From Chiloscyllium plagiosum (taxonomy: Eukaryota), in assembly GCF_004010195.1 (NCBI RefSeq), contig NC_057719.1, positions 50,200,302-50,264,301 on the forward strand: a stretch of DNA of 64,000 nucleotides, given 5' to 3'. The notes below the pieces were generated by a model, which worked only from the letters and a program-made list of their open reading frames with translations, did not search any database and was not told the DNA's origin. Below are positions 1 through 13,380 of this stretch, piece by piece. A program made the position numbers and the translations under genes. Within the stretch, counting starts at the first letter, position 1. The number at the start of each line of letters is the position of its first letter.

Positions 1-36
1 GACATTAGAATAAGCAACTTTTGTTTCATTTCACAG

Positions 37-138
37 GCAGTTGCAGGTCTTCTGGCAGATGCACGGTCTCTTACTGATATTGCAAGGGAAGAAGCTTCCA
101 ATTTTAGATCTAATTATGGATATGATATTCCATTAAGG
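37..138 (+). CDS. PSMA3: Proteasome subunit alpha type-3, internal coding exon (first exon in window; gene starts upstream)
   Basis: tttcacag| acceptor, translates [34 protein letters not shown], |gtatga donor; matches vertebrate PSMA3 ([34 protein letters not shown]). Confidence 0.98.
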
Positions 139-565
139 GTATGAGATCTATTTAGCACTGTTTGTTTCAACATTGAATATTTCTAAGGGTGAATTGCACA
201 TCATAACAGCTAAAGTTGACTAACTATAGAACAAGGTAAAAACAATGACTGCAGATGCTGGAAACCTGTTTTCTGCATAAACTCATCTTAAACTGCTCCG
301 TGACTTTATTTTCTGCAATATCACACATCATCTTGATATGGAACTATTTCACTGTTAATTCACTATCCCTGGGGCAAAACCCTTCTTAACAATAGTGTGG
401 ATATACCCATACCACTTGGACTGTAGTAGTTAAAGGGGCAGTTCATCACCACTACCACCTGAAGAATAACTCAAAATGAGTAATTAGAGACAGACAATGA
501 ATGTTAACCTAACTAGTGATGTTCATTTCTGACAAATGAACAAATAAAAAAATTCTTAATGATTT

Positions 566-820
566 GGGTGACACAGTGGTTCAATTCCCGCCTCAGGCGA
601 CTGTCTGTGTAGAGTTTGCACATTCTCCCCGTGTCTGCGTGGGTTTCCTCCCACAGCCAAAGATGTGCAGGTTAAGTGAATTGACATGCTAAATTGCCCA
701 TAGTGTTAGGTGCAGGGGTAAATGTAGGGGAATCGGTCTGGGTGGGTGCGCTTCAGCGGGTCGGTGTGGACTTGTTGGGCCGAAGGGCCTGTTTCCACAC
801 TGTAAGTAATCTAAATCTAA
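566..820 (+). mobile_element. tRNA-derived V-SINE (HE1-like), internally deleted
   Basis: V-domain gtttgcacattctccccgtgtctgcgtgggtttcctcc; CR1-type tail gggccgaagggcctgtttccacactgt + (aatct)n; shared with copies at 6309, 26203, 58981. Confidence 0.9.
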
Positions 821-1104
821 ATGGATTGTCTATGGTTAGAATTTTGTCATTAAAGTAGGAGCAGAAAGGAAATGGACAAAAATAGGCATAATGCAAGTGA
901 AATGAATTGGTTAGTGTTAAGAATTCTCATCAACATTCCTTACAAGATGCGCAGCTGCCCAAGAGGTAGTTACTTCTGGTTTTCCCATGTGCTATTACAC
1001 ACAAACCTGGGAGGGCTACGCAGCAACTAGAGAATGTAGGTAGTAGATATGACAATTAGCCTTAACCTTTTAGTATTTGGCAAAGAAAAGAAGGTGGAGG
1101 AAAT

Positions 1105-1512
1105 GGAATGAGTTTAGAAGACTGAGAGGAGATCTGATTGAGACATATAAGATTATTAAAGGATTGGACACTCTGGAGGCAGGAAACCTGTTTCCGCTGA
1201 TGGGTGAATGCCGAACCAGAGGACACAGCTTAAAAATACGGGGTACACCATTTAGGACAGAGATGAGGAGAAACTTCTTCACCCAGAGAGTGGTGGCTGT
1301 GTGGAATGTTCTGCCCCAGAGGGCAGTGGAGGCCCAGTCTCTTGATTCATTTAAGAAAGAGTTGGATAGAGCTCTCCAGGATAGTGGAATCAAGGATTTA
1401 TGGAGATATAAGGCATGAACAGGATACTGATTAAGGATGATCATTCATGATCATATTGAATGGTGGTGCAGGCTTGAAGGGCAGAATGGCCTACTCCTGC
1501 ACCTATTCTCTA
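1105..1512 (+). mobile_element. CR1-clade LINE 3' end (5'-truncated)
   Basis: ORF 1077-1418 contains [16 protein letters not shown]...RTRGHSLK...RRNFFTQRVVAVWNVLP...FKKELD, the CR1 ORF2 C-terminus; 3' UTR gggcagaatggcctactcctgc. Confidence 0.93.
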
Positions 1513-1849
1513 AAGGAACAGCTTTATTTAAGAGAGGTTCACCACTCATGATTGATATTCAGCAACTTCTGTTTAAAATGCATGTATCTGTCTGGCAAGT
1601 GCAAGAGTGGGCTATGCTACAGTGGTCTTTTGGACACATTCCCTACTGACATTATTCCAACTGATATTTTAAAGAAAGCAACTTTGGTGAAAAATAGTTC
1701 CCAATAACCACAGGACTGTGGAGTTGAGAGTTTGGGCTGGAGGTTGCAGATTACACTAACATGGTTATTTACTGATCATGCATTATGATCTTACATTTTT
1801 ATAACTGAAATTTACTAACCTGTAAGAATAGTTGATTATTTGGTAAATG

Positions 1850-2560
1850 GAAAAACCCTATGGAAAAATTGATGTACAGAAAGATCTGGTGTTCAGGTCT
1901 ATTGTACCCTGAAGGTGGTAATGCAGGTTGATAGTGGTCAAGAAGGTATTCGGCATGCTTTCCTTCATCAGACGGGTATTGAGTACAAGAGTTGGCAGAT
2001 CATGTTATAGTTGTACAGGATTTTGGTTCGGCCACATTTGGAATGCTGCATATAGTTCTGGTCACATTACCAGAAGGATGTGGGTGCTTTGGAGAAGGTG
2101 CAGAGGAGGTTCACCAGGATGTTGCCTGGTATGAAGGTGCTAGCTATGAAAAAAAGTTGAGTAGATTAGGATTATTTTCATTAGAAAGACTGAGGTTGAG
2201 GGGGGGACCTGATTGAGGTCTACAAAGTCATGAAAGGTGGATAGCAAGAAGCTTTTTCCCAGAATGGGGAAACTCAATTCCTAGGTGTCATGAGTTCAAG
2301 GTGAGGGGGGAGAAGTTTAAGGGAGATATGCGTGGAAAGTTCTTTATGCAGAGGGTGATGGGTGTCTGGAATGTGTTGCTAGTGGAGGTGGTAGAGGCAG
2401 GCATGCTAGCATCATTTTAAGATGTATCTAGACAGATATGTGAATGGGCAGAGAGCAGAGGGATACAGCTCCTTGGAATATAGGCAGAGGTTTAGAGGAA
2501 GGATTTGGATCGACGCAGGCTTAAGAGGGCTGAAGGAACTGTTCTTGCACTGTAATTTTG
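1850..2560 (+). mobile_element. CR1-clade LINE 3' fragment, decayed
   Basis: Frameshifted ORF2 motifs ([42 protein letters not shown]). Confidence 0.9.
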
Positions 2561-3050
2561 TTTATTCTTGTTCTCTTCATTCCTTTTTTTTTATATTTTA
2601 TTTGATAAAAACTTTACCAGTGGTTATGATATTTTTTCTTGGGAAGTAAACACACCAAATAGATTGACAGAATCAAACTGATAAAGTATTCCAAAAAAAT
2701 TAGAAGTTTTTGTTTGTTTCCTGAATTTCCTTCACCACCCACCCCATTTGAACAATAGTTTGTAAAAGTAGGAAAAAAGGCTGAAAGATGAAAAGCATTA
2801 CACCTAAACATCTGAAGCACCAATTACATATGCCCATTTATCCCTGTAATTTAAGATTATAAGCAAGAAAATTTGTTATACATGGTACATTCACAAAGAT
2901 TTTGCGAGCATTTAGAGGTTTATCATTAACTAACATTTTAAAACACATTTATATTTGATAGAAATAAGCTCTTTGGGAAAATATAGAATAGTAATGTAAT
3001 GGAAAGTTGTCATGTGTTGTAAGTTTTAAATTTTTTTTTACCTTTTTTAG

Positions 3051-3124
3051 CATCTGGCAGACAGAGTAGCAATGTATGTCCACGCTTACACATTGTATAG
3101 TGCTGTGCGGCCATTTGGAAGCAG
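3051..3124 (+). CDS. PSMA3: PSMA3 coding exon
   Basis: ttttttag| HLADRVAMYVHAYTLYSAVRPFGS(S) |gtaatt; 74 nt, phase continues from previous exon. Confidence 0.98.
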
Positions 3125-3309
3125 GTAATTTTTCAATAAAATTATTACTAAATGGTTTTCTGAAGACTTGTATGTTTGCAGTTACTGTAAGGTGTGGGTG
3201 AGAAGAATGCAAATGAAGAGCTTGAAGATTGCGTGGAATTATAGTCTCCTGTTGATGATCAGTGAAATGTGCAAGCCATTGACCTCTAATTCTATGCCAA
3301 ATATTTTGA

Positions 3310-6230
3310 ATTGCTTACATAATATGAACTGGTAGCGAGAGTAAATCATTTGGCCTTGAGCCTGCTTTGCCTTTTGATAAGGTTGTGATCTCAAGTCGTC
3401 TTTTCTGACTTCCTTGTCAATTAAGAACCTGTCTAACTCAGTGCTAAAAATATTTAATGATCCTGCCCTCACTGCTATCTAGGAAGAGAAAGCTTTTGAG
3501 GGAATTTTATTTTTCTTATCTCCATCATAAATGTGAGCTGTCTTATTTTTAAACTTTGTCCCCTGGTTCTAATCTCTCTATTGGAGCAACATATTCTCAG
3601 CATTCACCCCGTCAAGTTCCTTCAGGGTTGTCGTATCTTGCAAGAAGATCCTCATTCATTCTTCCAAACTCCAGTGATACAAACCCAATATATCCAGTCT
3701 TTTCCCATAAAACTGTGTGACGATGCTGCCATTTTAACGAGGTTATGTTGTCCTTATTTTTTTTCAGAGGGGTCGTAAAGACACAGGTTGTAGTTTGGAT
3801 GGGATTTAGGGCAAATTTGATTATAGCTAACAGCTGCTGCCTCAGGTAAAAGCCTTTCAAGTTTAAAAGAACCTGTACAATAAAAGGTCAGTTCTCCCAG
3901 CTCAGCTTTACTCTGGTTTGGTTTGGTTTTAGCAAAGTCAGTTTTTTGAGGCTACTGGTCAAAGAAACAGTTCCATGTTGATCCTCCCTCTCTGACATGT
4001 CTCCTGTAAGGACTTGTGTTTGATTTTTACCTTTTCTGCCAAGGAGTTGTTTATGGGGGTATTGCAAGTAATTGGAACAATACCATTAAGTTGTGATAGA
4101 GTCGATATGGGTTTTCAAATAGTTGTTGTTCTAAATTTTGTTTTTTTTTTGTTCACGTGTAAAGTAAGTTGTTTAAAATAGTGGTTTTAACCAGCTCCAT
4201 CACTCCTGGAATATCCACATTTCACCTGCTTAAGACAACTAAAAAGTTAGGGTGTGGCTACTTTCTTGAAATGTTTTGAAGGGGTCTGGCCTGGTCCATA
4301 ACAACAGCCATTTCAATAAAAGACTCAGTTGAGTGAATCTACTCTGAACTGGTTGTAATGTAATTATGTCCTCTCTTAAGGAGACCAGAACTGTACATGG
4401 TATTCCAAATGTGGTCTCACCAACAGCCTGTACAACTGTGGCAAAATGTCCCTACTTTACATTTAATCCCCTTTTCCTTAAAGATGGTCTTTTCATTTGC
4501 CTTCCTAATAACTCACTTCAGCTCCATACCAAACCTATGTATCCAACAACCAGATCACACAATGCTGCAGAGTTCTGCATTCTCTTCATTTAGATAATGT
4601 GCTGCACATTTAGTCTTCCTGCCAAATTGGATAAGTTCACTTTTCCAATTGTATGCTTTTTCTGCCAAGTTTTCCTCCACTTGCATTTCCACATCCCTTT
4701 GCAAGTGCTTTTAGCACTTTACCCACCGACAGCCATACTGACCCAGGTTTCCCGATGACCAGTCATCGTCCCAGTATAAGTAGGAATTGTGCATGGGAAT
4801 CCTGCAGTATGCTCATTGTAGCAGACTCTGACAGAATTAACTACAAAACAGAAGGTTCTTTTGGGCAATTCCCCTATTCCTAGAACTGTTCAAAATCAGG
4901 GTTGTGAGGGTTCTGATGAAACTAGAGTAAATAGTTTAACTTTTCCTGAGTAAATATTAAATGCACAGTCTAACTCCTGACCTTGTATTTGGTTCATACA
5001 TGACCAAGCTCACCCCCAGAATACCTGTGATCCCCAATCTGTCACTCTAAACCATAAGATTTTTTTTCTCTAGCTAGCTTTCTTTCATATACTAACATCA
5101 CTCTCTCGTTTTTATAATTCTGTGTAATGTTGTGACCTACTCTGATTTGTAATGTTTTCTTTAAAAAGTGACTGATTTGCACATTTATTATGATCACTGC
5201 TACATAGGAGCATTTTTATTATCTTGTGACTAATTAATTGTATTTGCACATTTACCAGGCCGAGAATAGCCTGTTCTGGTTCTAGAACAAGCTGCTCAAA
5301 GAAATTGTTCCAAAAACACAATGAGCTCTCCTTCCAGGCTAGCATTGACTTTCATTCAATTATGTATAAATTAAAATCATCCACTATTGCTATACCTTTA
5401 TTACAAACCCTCCCTGTTCCTTCCACTGTACCCCCTTCAGTTAGTTGCTGTTGGGCTTCTATTAATCACTCCCATAAGTGACTCTACTAACTTTACTCTT
5501 AACCTTACTATTTCTTATTTGTATTCCAACTCTACTTGTTGTTATTTAAAACAATGGCCATCTGTCATTACTTTTTAATAATATCCTTAATTAACACAGC
5601 TACTTCACCATCTTTTTCTGAGTTTTCTGCCTTTACAAAATGTCAAGTACCCTTGAGAATGCAGGTCCTAACCTTGGTCACTGTGCAACCACGTCTTTGT
5701 AATGGCTCAGGTCATACGTATCTGTTTCTATTTGAGTTGATAATCCATCTGTTGTCATGAATATTACATTTTCATATAAAATCTTTGCTTCTATCCATTT
5801 TATTAATCTCTCAAACTCTGGCCTTTTCTTATGCTCTGTCTCTTTCTGGCAAATTCTGATTATTATTACCATTATTGCTATCTTTATCTCTTGCATTGTC
5901 CCTTCCCTTTCAATTTATCACATTGTCCCTTGTGTGATCCTGTCTTGACTATTTAGTTTAAAATCCTGTCTGATGCCTAGTTATACAACATGCCAGAACA
6001 CTGGTCCTAGCATGGTTCATGTAAACCTTTCCAAAAGACAACTCCCATTTTCCCCAGTTTTGAATCAAAAACTATTTCTCCTCTCCAACCTTACAGCCTT
6101 GCATTAAACTCCCTAATCTTATTTGCCCTAACCCGATCTGCTAAGCTCATGTGTAATAATCTAGAATTTTGATGTTTCCTTTTTGAATTTAGCCCTCAGT
6201 TGCTCCTGTTCCTAAACAGGACCTCCTTTC
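3310..6230 (-). mobile_element. Old fragmented CR1-type LINE, interrupted by a solo LTR
   Basis: Reverse-strand CR1 tail motifs at 3310-3710 and 4304-4720; endonuclease-region remnants at 5030-6230. Confidence 0.7.
3716..4303. mobile_element. Putative solo LTR (Gypsy/ERV type)
   Basis: Begins TGTGACG, ends CATAACA (TG...CA, imperfect terminal inverted repeat); flanked by actg/acag (3/4 match, 4-bp TSD); splits a CR1 fragment. Confidence 0.65.
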
Positions 6231-6308
6231 CTGGTCAGAGTTATACAGTACAGAAACAGACCCTTCAGTCCAACTCATCCCCACTAACCAGATATCCTAA
6301 AGTCATCT

Positions 6309-6622
6309 GGTGGCACGGTGGCACAGTGGTTAGCACTGCTGCCTCTCAGCGCCTGAGACCCGGGTTCAATTCCTGCCTCAGGCGACTGACTGTGTGAGGA
6401 GTTTGCACGTTCTCCCCGTGTCTGCGTGGGTTTCCTCCGGGTGCTCCGGTTTCCTCCCACAGTCCAAAGATGTGCAGGTCAGGTGAATTGGCCATGCTAA
6501 ATTGCCCGTAGTGTTAGGTAGGGGGTAAATGTGGGGGTATGGGTGGGTTGCGCTTCGGCGGGTCGGTGTGGACTTGTTGGGCTGAAGGGCCTGTTTCCAC
6601 ATTGTAATGTAATCTAATCTAG
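6309..6622 (+). mobile_element. Full-length HE1-like V-SINE nested in a - strand CR1 tail (6235-6800)
   Basis: tRNA-like A box (tggcacagtggttagc) and B box (gggttcaattcc), V-domain, (aatct)n tail. Confidence 0.93.
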
Positions 6623-7394
6623 TCTGATTTGCCAGCATTTGGTCCATGTTCCTCCAAATAATTTCTATTAATGTACACATTCCGGATGGCTTTTAAAAAT
6701 ATTCTAATTGTACCCACCATCATCTCTGGCAGCTCGTTCTATACATGCACCACTCTCTGCGTTGAACAAGTTTCCCCTCTGGTCCCGTATTAATTATTTC
6801 CCTTCTCACTTAAGCATGAAGTTGATTCCAACATGGATCAAAACAAATTCATAGATCCTCTTCCTCCTACTACAGGTTCTTTGCCAACCCTGTGCAGGTA
6901 TTCCAAACCCATACATGCAACTCAACTGTCACTCTTGTCTACAGAGAACTGTCTGTGCCGCTGACCATTGATATCATAGTGCTATGCTCTATTTGATCAC
7001 CTGCTCTGCAGTCACCATTCTTATCAATATAAGATGGAAGAACCTCCAATTCTATTGAATGATTGTAGATGCTAAGGCTAATATGCTTCTACTTTATCTC
7101 CATAACTGCCTCATCGAGTCACACCCTGCCATCTCTGTCTGTGGACCAAATCAGAAGATTCTCGTGTAAAGTATGCAATTGCCTCATGGAACGAATTGTC
7201 CAAGTCACTTTATCCCAAAGTCAGATTCCAGCTGATGAATTTTGAGCTGAAGTTCTTCAAACATTCCCAAGAAAAAATTTTAATGCCTATGGTTTGGTGT
7301 TGGTGGACTTCCATGTACTGTATCTGAGACACGTCACCTTCCAAACCATCTTTACAACTTAATAAATTTCTTGATTTAATGGTTAATATTTCTA

Positions 7395-7600
7395 GAGTCA
7401 AAGTGTGGTGCTGGAAAAGCACAGCATGTCAGACAGCATCTGAGGAGCAGCAGAGTTGATGTTTCGGGCATAAGCCCTTCATCAAGAGTGTGGGAGGGAA
7501 AGTGGCTGAGAGAGAAATGGGGCGGGGGCGGAAGGTAGCTAGGAAGGGGATAAGCTGATGCAGGTAGGAGGTGATTGTGATTGGTCAGTAGGGAGGGCAA
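7395..7600 (-). mobile_element. Penelope-like element terminal fragment with degenerate hammerhead core
   Basis: - strand ttgatgaagggcttatgcccgaaacatc (core 7461-7485) followed by the family tail gatgctgtctgacatgctgtgcttttccagc. Confidence 0.75.
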
Positions 7601-8011
7601 ACTTCTAGACCTGCCAGTACTTATATTTTTACTTCAAATAACGTCCTGCTTAATTGAAATTCCGTAGTTTAGATCAAATAAATATGAAAAACTTCCCAGC
7701 CTGTCACTTGTCTGCATCCCTATGAGGGCACTTCACATTTTTTTTCTTTTTGACCATGGGCCATGAACTGCAGCTTTCGCATTCTGTACTATTTATACTT
7801 GCTGCTTCGGCTGTCTCCACACTTTTAACACCCGTTCTTTTTTTCGTACTGCCATATTTGAACCTCTTGTGCTTTCCATGCTGTTTTGCATCTCCTTTGC
7901 TCTCACAAAATAACTTTACCCGTATTGTTTATACCCATTGTTTATGGGTATGATAATTCCAAATCGAAAATCTGTATTGCAAATTTGTTTACAAATTTCA
8001 TTTCTTCTTAG

Positions 8012-8084
8012 CTTTATTATGGGATCTTATGATCAGGATGATGGAGCTCAGATGTACATGATTGACCCTTCAGGAGTGTCCCAC
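8012..8084 (+). CDS. PSMA3: PSMA3 coding exon
   Basis: ttcttcttag| (S)FIMGSYDQDDGAQMYMIDPSGVSH |gtaagt; 73 nt, phase-compatible. Confidence 0.97.
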
Positions 8085-8740
8085 GTAAGTACCTGTCCAC
8101 GAACATGATGCCTGGCTGACCTTTACTGTAACTTACTATGTGCAGACTACAAGTAGTTTTACAACAATGTAGTAAAGACTAACTAAACGCCTATCAATTT
8201 AACATCTTATTATGGGAGGAATTAGCAAGTATTTCTATTAATTTTAATCTGTATAATTTATTACTTCTGATTTGTGTTCAGTATTGAAAATCTTAAACCT
8301 GGGGTCATTCTGTTACATCAAACTTGGGTGAAATTTGGCTTCCTCCTTCACCTCTCTTTATTCAAGTTTTGTTGGATCCCGACACCAAACTTACATTACA
8401 GATTTAACAATAGTCTGGCAAAAGTTGAAGTGGTGCCATAATTGCACTGTAAATGCACTTGTATTTAAACATTCAGTTTGCTTCATCACAGAAATTTGTG
8501 CACAGCTAATAGCTCAGTTGAGGTGTCAGCAGCTTGGATGTTTGTAAGAACAGTGATACGTATCCTGTTGTGACGCTCTGTAATCTCTGCCTTGCAAGAT
8601 AAGTTGTCTCTAAGCTGCTAGAAGAGACTTCTTTGGTCTTGGAAAAACTATTTACTATGTCTAACTTCTGGTTAATGACATTTTATTTATTTGCATTTAT
8701 ACTGGAATTTTTGTGGTTAGAATGTTGTTTATATTGGTAG

Positions 8741-8806
8741 GGTTACTGGGGATGTGCAATTGGAAAAGCTAAAGAAGCTGCAAAAACAGAGATTGAGAAG
8801 CTGCAG
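8741..8806 (+). CDS. PSMA3: PSMA3 coding exon
   Basis: ttggtag| GYWGCAIGKAKEAAKTEIEKLQ |gtaagc; 66 nt. Confidence 0.98.
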
Positions 8807-10434
8807 GTAAGCCATAAAATTTGAAATAGTTTCATTTCCTTACATTAAATCTAAGCGGTATGATAACAAGGTAGTGAAGTTTTGGGTTAGATTGCTCAAT
8901 TGCCAGATTAAAGGAAGATATTCGTTTGGATTCTGTTGTTTGGTCTTGATGAGTGCTGCAATTTGACGGTGTTAAAAGTATAATATGCTGATTTAATAGA
9001 TCAAATCTTTGGTATTAATTAGCAAACTGAAACAACTTTTATTAACAAAAATATGCAATTCAGCTGATTTGGGCTTAACAAAAAAATGTTTATTATGCAA
9101 AAATGAAGATAAAACATAAAACATAATAACCCAAACTATTTACATGTAACAACTGTAAAGATTTAGAAACACGTGGTAAAATACAAACCAGTTTATACCA
9201 AAAGCATTCCTGATGTGTAGGGCTTAATTTCAAGCGTGGCCTCAATTCCCCAGCTTGAGAACAAGCTTCAAATTCATATCTTCAGGGTTGTAACAAAACA
9301 CTTCTGGTCTAGAACCTTCAAACAAAACTGTTTACACTGAGGTAACCCATTTCTTCACCATTCTAAACCATCTCCCTTTTGTCATGGGCAACTGTTTTAC
9401 ATATCCAGCTTCAGCCAAGACTTATTTTCAAGGTAGAGGGTGTGAAAAAATGATCTCCGATCTTCTATACTGAAAGCTTAATGTACAACTGTTTATTGTT
9501 TGCTCAAAATCTTTCAATGCAAACATGTTTTCATTAGTCTTCAAGAGTTCACTTGTCTTTTTAAAAAAAAACACCCACAGAAAATTCAAGCTAATCATTA
9601 AACCCCTCCATGAACACAGACCGAATCCACAAGCCACTTTTTAAAGTGCAAATATTAAAATACAGAAATCGCAATCCTTATTTTTTTAGTTTTGCGAAAG
9701 CCATTGCTTAATGGATGTGTTAAAAGGCATCTCTTTGAAATAAATGCAGGAGACTTGTTATAGGAATGTGAAGACGCTCTTTGCCACTCATCTGCACAAA
9801 GGTTAATTGCAAAAAAAAGTCTTAATATGGTATTGGGGACATTATCAGCCACATAACATGAAAATGTTTCATTTAAAATTTCTTTCATGATGTTCATTCA
9901 TTGTTATATATTTATCAATGACAATGGCTTGTCATTGAGAGAGACTGTATTTTAGATTGTCTGTCCTTTTTGAGGCCACAATATTTAATTACATTAGTAA
10001 GTGGCCCACATTTAATTGAAGTTTAGTCGATTAGAAATTGTTTTTTGTTTTTAAATATTGAGAAAGCTCATGTCTTTTAAAACTATTTTGAGACTGCTAT
10101 TCAGAGAATAGATCTCCAAATACATAACCTTTATTTATCATTTTTATGTCAACTTTGCTACACATTTTGATAATGGAATTTAAACTATATTGTATGTCTT
10201 TGATGTAATTCTCTCAACTTGAGTTGAGGTACTCAAGTGTGCCAGCTTTAAGTGTGGACACAAATGTTTGTTTCTGTTAAGAATTCTTAATCAATTTATG
10301 ACTTCAAAATTATATCGCTTGAATCCTGGTTCTTTTGATCTTTAACTCTATTTCAAGATAAGGCACTCTCCTATGGGCATTGAATCAACTAGTGTATACT
10401 GAAGATTCACTATCTCCCCTTAACTACTTTACAG

Positions 10435-10481
10435 ATGAAAGACATGACTTGCAGAGAAGTGGTTAAAGAAGTTGCAAAAAT
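10435..10481 (+). CDS. PSMA3: PSMA3 coding exon
   Basis: ctttacag| MKDMTCREVVKEVAK(I) |gtaagt; 47 nt. Confidence 0.97.
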
Positions 10482-11776
10482 GTAAGTTTATAATTGCTCA
10501 AAATTGGTTAGCAAAGAATTCTAACTATTTAAGGTTTTTTTAGCTAAACAGTCTTGATGTTTTCGTACCAAATAAGTGACAAATTTACTTGCTGCAAAGG
10601 ATTTTTTCTTCATTTCTCTTTCCCATTCCTGTCGGCATGACTTCAAATGTGTTTTTTTTTAAACTCATTAGGCCAGCTCAGCTTAAGGGAGTGTGCTACT
10701 TTTGCAGAATGTCAAGACTCCTGGTGAAATGGGGAATTGTTCCAAATTTACCTTGGGGGTGTACTGCAGAAAATCATTCAAGAATTCTTGGTCATGGGAA
10801 TGACGGTGGGGAGTGAAAATTTGGTATGAGTGGCATGTTCTGGGTTTGAAATACTATCATAAAAATATATATTTATTTTTGTATGAGGGAGTGTTTGTTT
10901 CTTTTGCTAACTTTATTCCTGATAGAGGAGCAATATAATTATTGTACAGGGTATGATGTGGTAAGAGAAACATGTGATTTTAGAAACAGTGGCTCACAGT
11001 TAAAGTAATCTGGGCTGTTACCTTTAAAAGATATTTGTGTGAAATGTGTTTGTATAAAGACAAAACATATTAGGAGCAAGAATAGGACATTTTGTTGCTT
11101 CAAGCTTGTCCCAGTATTCCATAAGATCATGACTGATCTGCTGCAGGCCTCCCTCTTCTTTCTGTCAGCTCCTTATTAGCCCCCTGGTACTTTACCAATT
11201 CTTTTAAAGTTTTTTTTAAATAATTTTGATGAACTAGCCTCCACAACTCTTGGATAGAGAATTCAAAGCATTGACTACCCTCTAGTGGAAGAAATACCTT
11301 GACATCTGTTTTTAAATGTGTATTCAAGTATAAGAGGTCAGAAAGTGAAAGAGGGAATGACATTACCTACACAGCCACAGAATATTACCTGATTTTATTT
11401 TCCCAAAAAGTATAAAATTTGAGCAGCTCCAGCTTGATGTACACTGAGGCAATTAACAATTGCATGCTAATCAATGACAGTCTTGACAGTTAATAGAATT
11501 AAGGTAAAAAATGATTATTTGCAAACTTTAATACTCTGTTGTGCCACTAGATGGGGCAGTTACTAATGTTTAGAAATGTCAATCAATGGTGCGTAACTTG
11601 TGGCTTAGGAGGTGTCTCCATCCCATGCCATCCCACTTGAGAGAGTTAACGGAAATTCTGTTACTGTATTCTGCAGATACTGCATTCCTACAAAAAGTTT
11701 ATTACTTTTGTAAATAAGTCAATTGGCCAGGAGTGAAGACTCATTATACCTTCAGTTGCTTCAGACTTGTGGTTGA

Positions 11777-11989
<213 letters not shown>

Positions 11990-12816
11990 TAGAACAAAGT
12001 TGTGTATAATGATATTTTGATAACTTATTATTAATTTTGACTGCTCAATTTAAAATTGCTCATGTTGGGGGGAGGGGAAGTAATATTTCTTTTGACTTCT
12101 GTATATTTCAGGGTTTTGATCTAGTGACATGGAAGGAATGGTGATTTAGTCACACAGATGTGTGGTGTGGAGGTAAACTTGCAGGTGGTGTTCCCATGCA
12201 GCTGCTGCCCTTGAGCGGGGCAGTAAAGTTCATGTGTTAGAAAATTTAAAGTGGTAATATTACCGTAAAGGCCTTTTTACCATCCCAGATTTGATTTGAA
12301 TCAGGATTTTGATTTTGAGATCAAAAACCAAGGTTAACTTCCAATCAACTGAAGCTGTAAAGTAACTGAACGCTATAGCAACTTCTGGACTCAATACAGA
12401 GTTCAACTAATTTAGACTGTAACCTTTCTATGCACCACCTATGTTTACATTTTGCCATTTGTATTTCCCTAGTTGACTTTTTGTTTCTTTACATATCCAG
12501 CAATTCCTTGCTTTGGCTTGATGCAATATCTTTCTTCTTCTGTCCCTCCACCTTATTACAATCCTTTCTTTTTATTCTAATCATCCAGACCTATTTGTTC
12601 AAAGCCTGTTAAATTCACTTTCCTGTTTTGATAAAGGATCACAGTAGAATTTGTTTTTATTCCATATTAAACTCCAGTAGTGCATTTATTAAACTTGAAT
12701 GATGCAAATTATCTATACTTAGTGATAGACATCAAGATAATTGTGGAGTGTGGACGGAGGATTGGAATGTAGACTTTCTTTTAGTACTTTTGTAATTTTA
12801 ACAATTTTCTTTGCAG

Positions 12817-12881
12817 TTACAAAAGGCAGACATGAGCTTGTACCTAAAGTTATTAAAGAGGAAGCCGAAAAATATGCCAAA
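12817..12881 (+). CDS. PSMA3: PSMA3 coding exon
   Basis: tctttgcag| (I)TKGRHELVPKVIKEEAEKYAK |gtaagt; 65 nt. Confidence 0.97.
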
Positions 12882-12960
12882 GTAAGTTGAAAAACTTGTA
12901 ATTTCCATAATGTAGCTTTTCTTATAATACATTCCCCTCATCACTTATTTTCTTCCGTAG

Positions 12961-13005
12961 GAATCGCTTGAGGAAGATGATGAATCTGATGAAGACAACA
13001 TGTAA
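12961..13005 (+). CDS. PSMA3: PSMA3 terminal coding exon (acidic C-terminal tail, stop TAA)
   Basis: ttccgtag| ESLEEDDESDEDNM*; matches PSMA3 C-terminus ESLKEEDESDDDNM; preceded by a 79-nt intron. Confidence 0.98.
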   Translation, partial: ESLEEDDESDEDNM

Positions 13006-13171
13006 TTAGTTTCTTTTAAAATATACAGTACTGAGTGCATTTCCCTTGTATTTTTAAAACAAATGATAGTATCAAGTTAACTGGTTTTCTAATGTGTGTA
13101 AATTTGAACTTTACAAAATACTTGTAAAAATGGATCTGAAGGCAACTCAATATGCCTATATCAGTGACCAA

Positions 13172-13177
13172 AATAAA
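13172..13177 (+). terminator. Probable PSMA3 polyadenylation signal
   Basis: AATAAA ~165 nt after the stop codon, followed by T/GT-rich sequence. Confidence 0.7.
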
Positions 13178-13289
13178 AACTTTACCTGTTATAATATTCA
13201 AATATTTTATTCCACTGTTTTTAAGTTATGGAACTGTGTGTTAATTGTGAAGAAAGTAAGGAATGCAAATGATGGAGATCAAAGTCAAA

Positions 13290-13380
13290 AAGAGTGGTGC
13301 TGTAAAAGCACAGCTGGTCAGGCTGCATCCAAAGAACAGGAGAGTTGACGTTTTGAGCAGAAGATCTTTATCAGGAATGT
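13290..13380 (-). mobile_element. Degenerate Penelope-derived hammerhead mini-element just past the PSMA3 poly(A) signal
   Basis: - strand attcctgataaagatcttctgctcaaaacgtcaactctcctgttctttggatgcagcctgacc, homologous to copies at 30770 and 38765. Confidence 0.7.

Noticed and set aside
6309..6380. tRNA genes at SINE heads (also near 59235-59303 and 26430-26497)
   Set aside because: A/B boxes run directly into the V-domain and LINE tail; these are SINEs, not tRNAs
8965..9925. Possible second solo LTR in a PSMA3 intron (AT-rich, - strand AATAAA motifs)
   Set aside because: Termini and TSD could not be defined by eye
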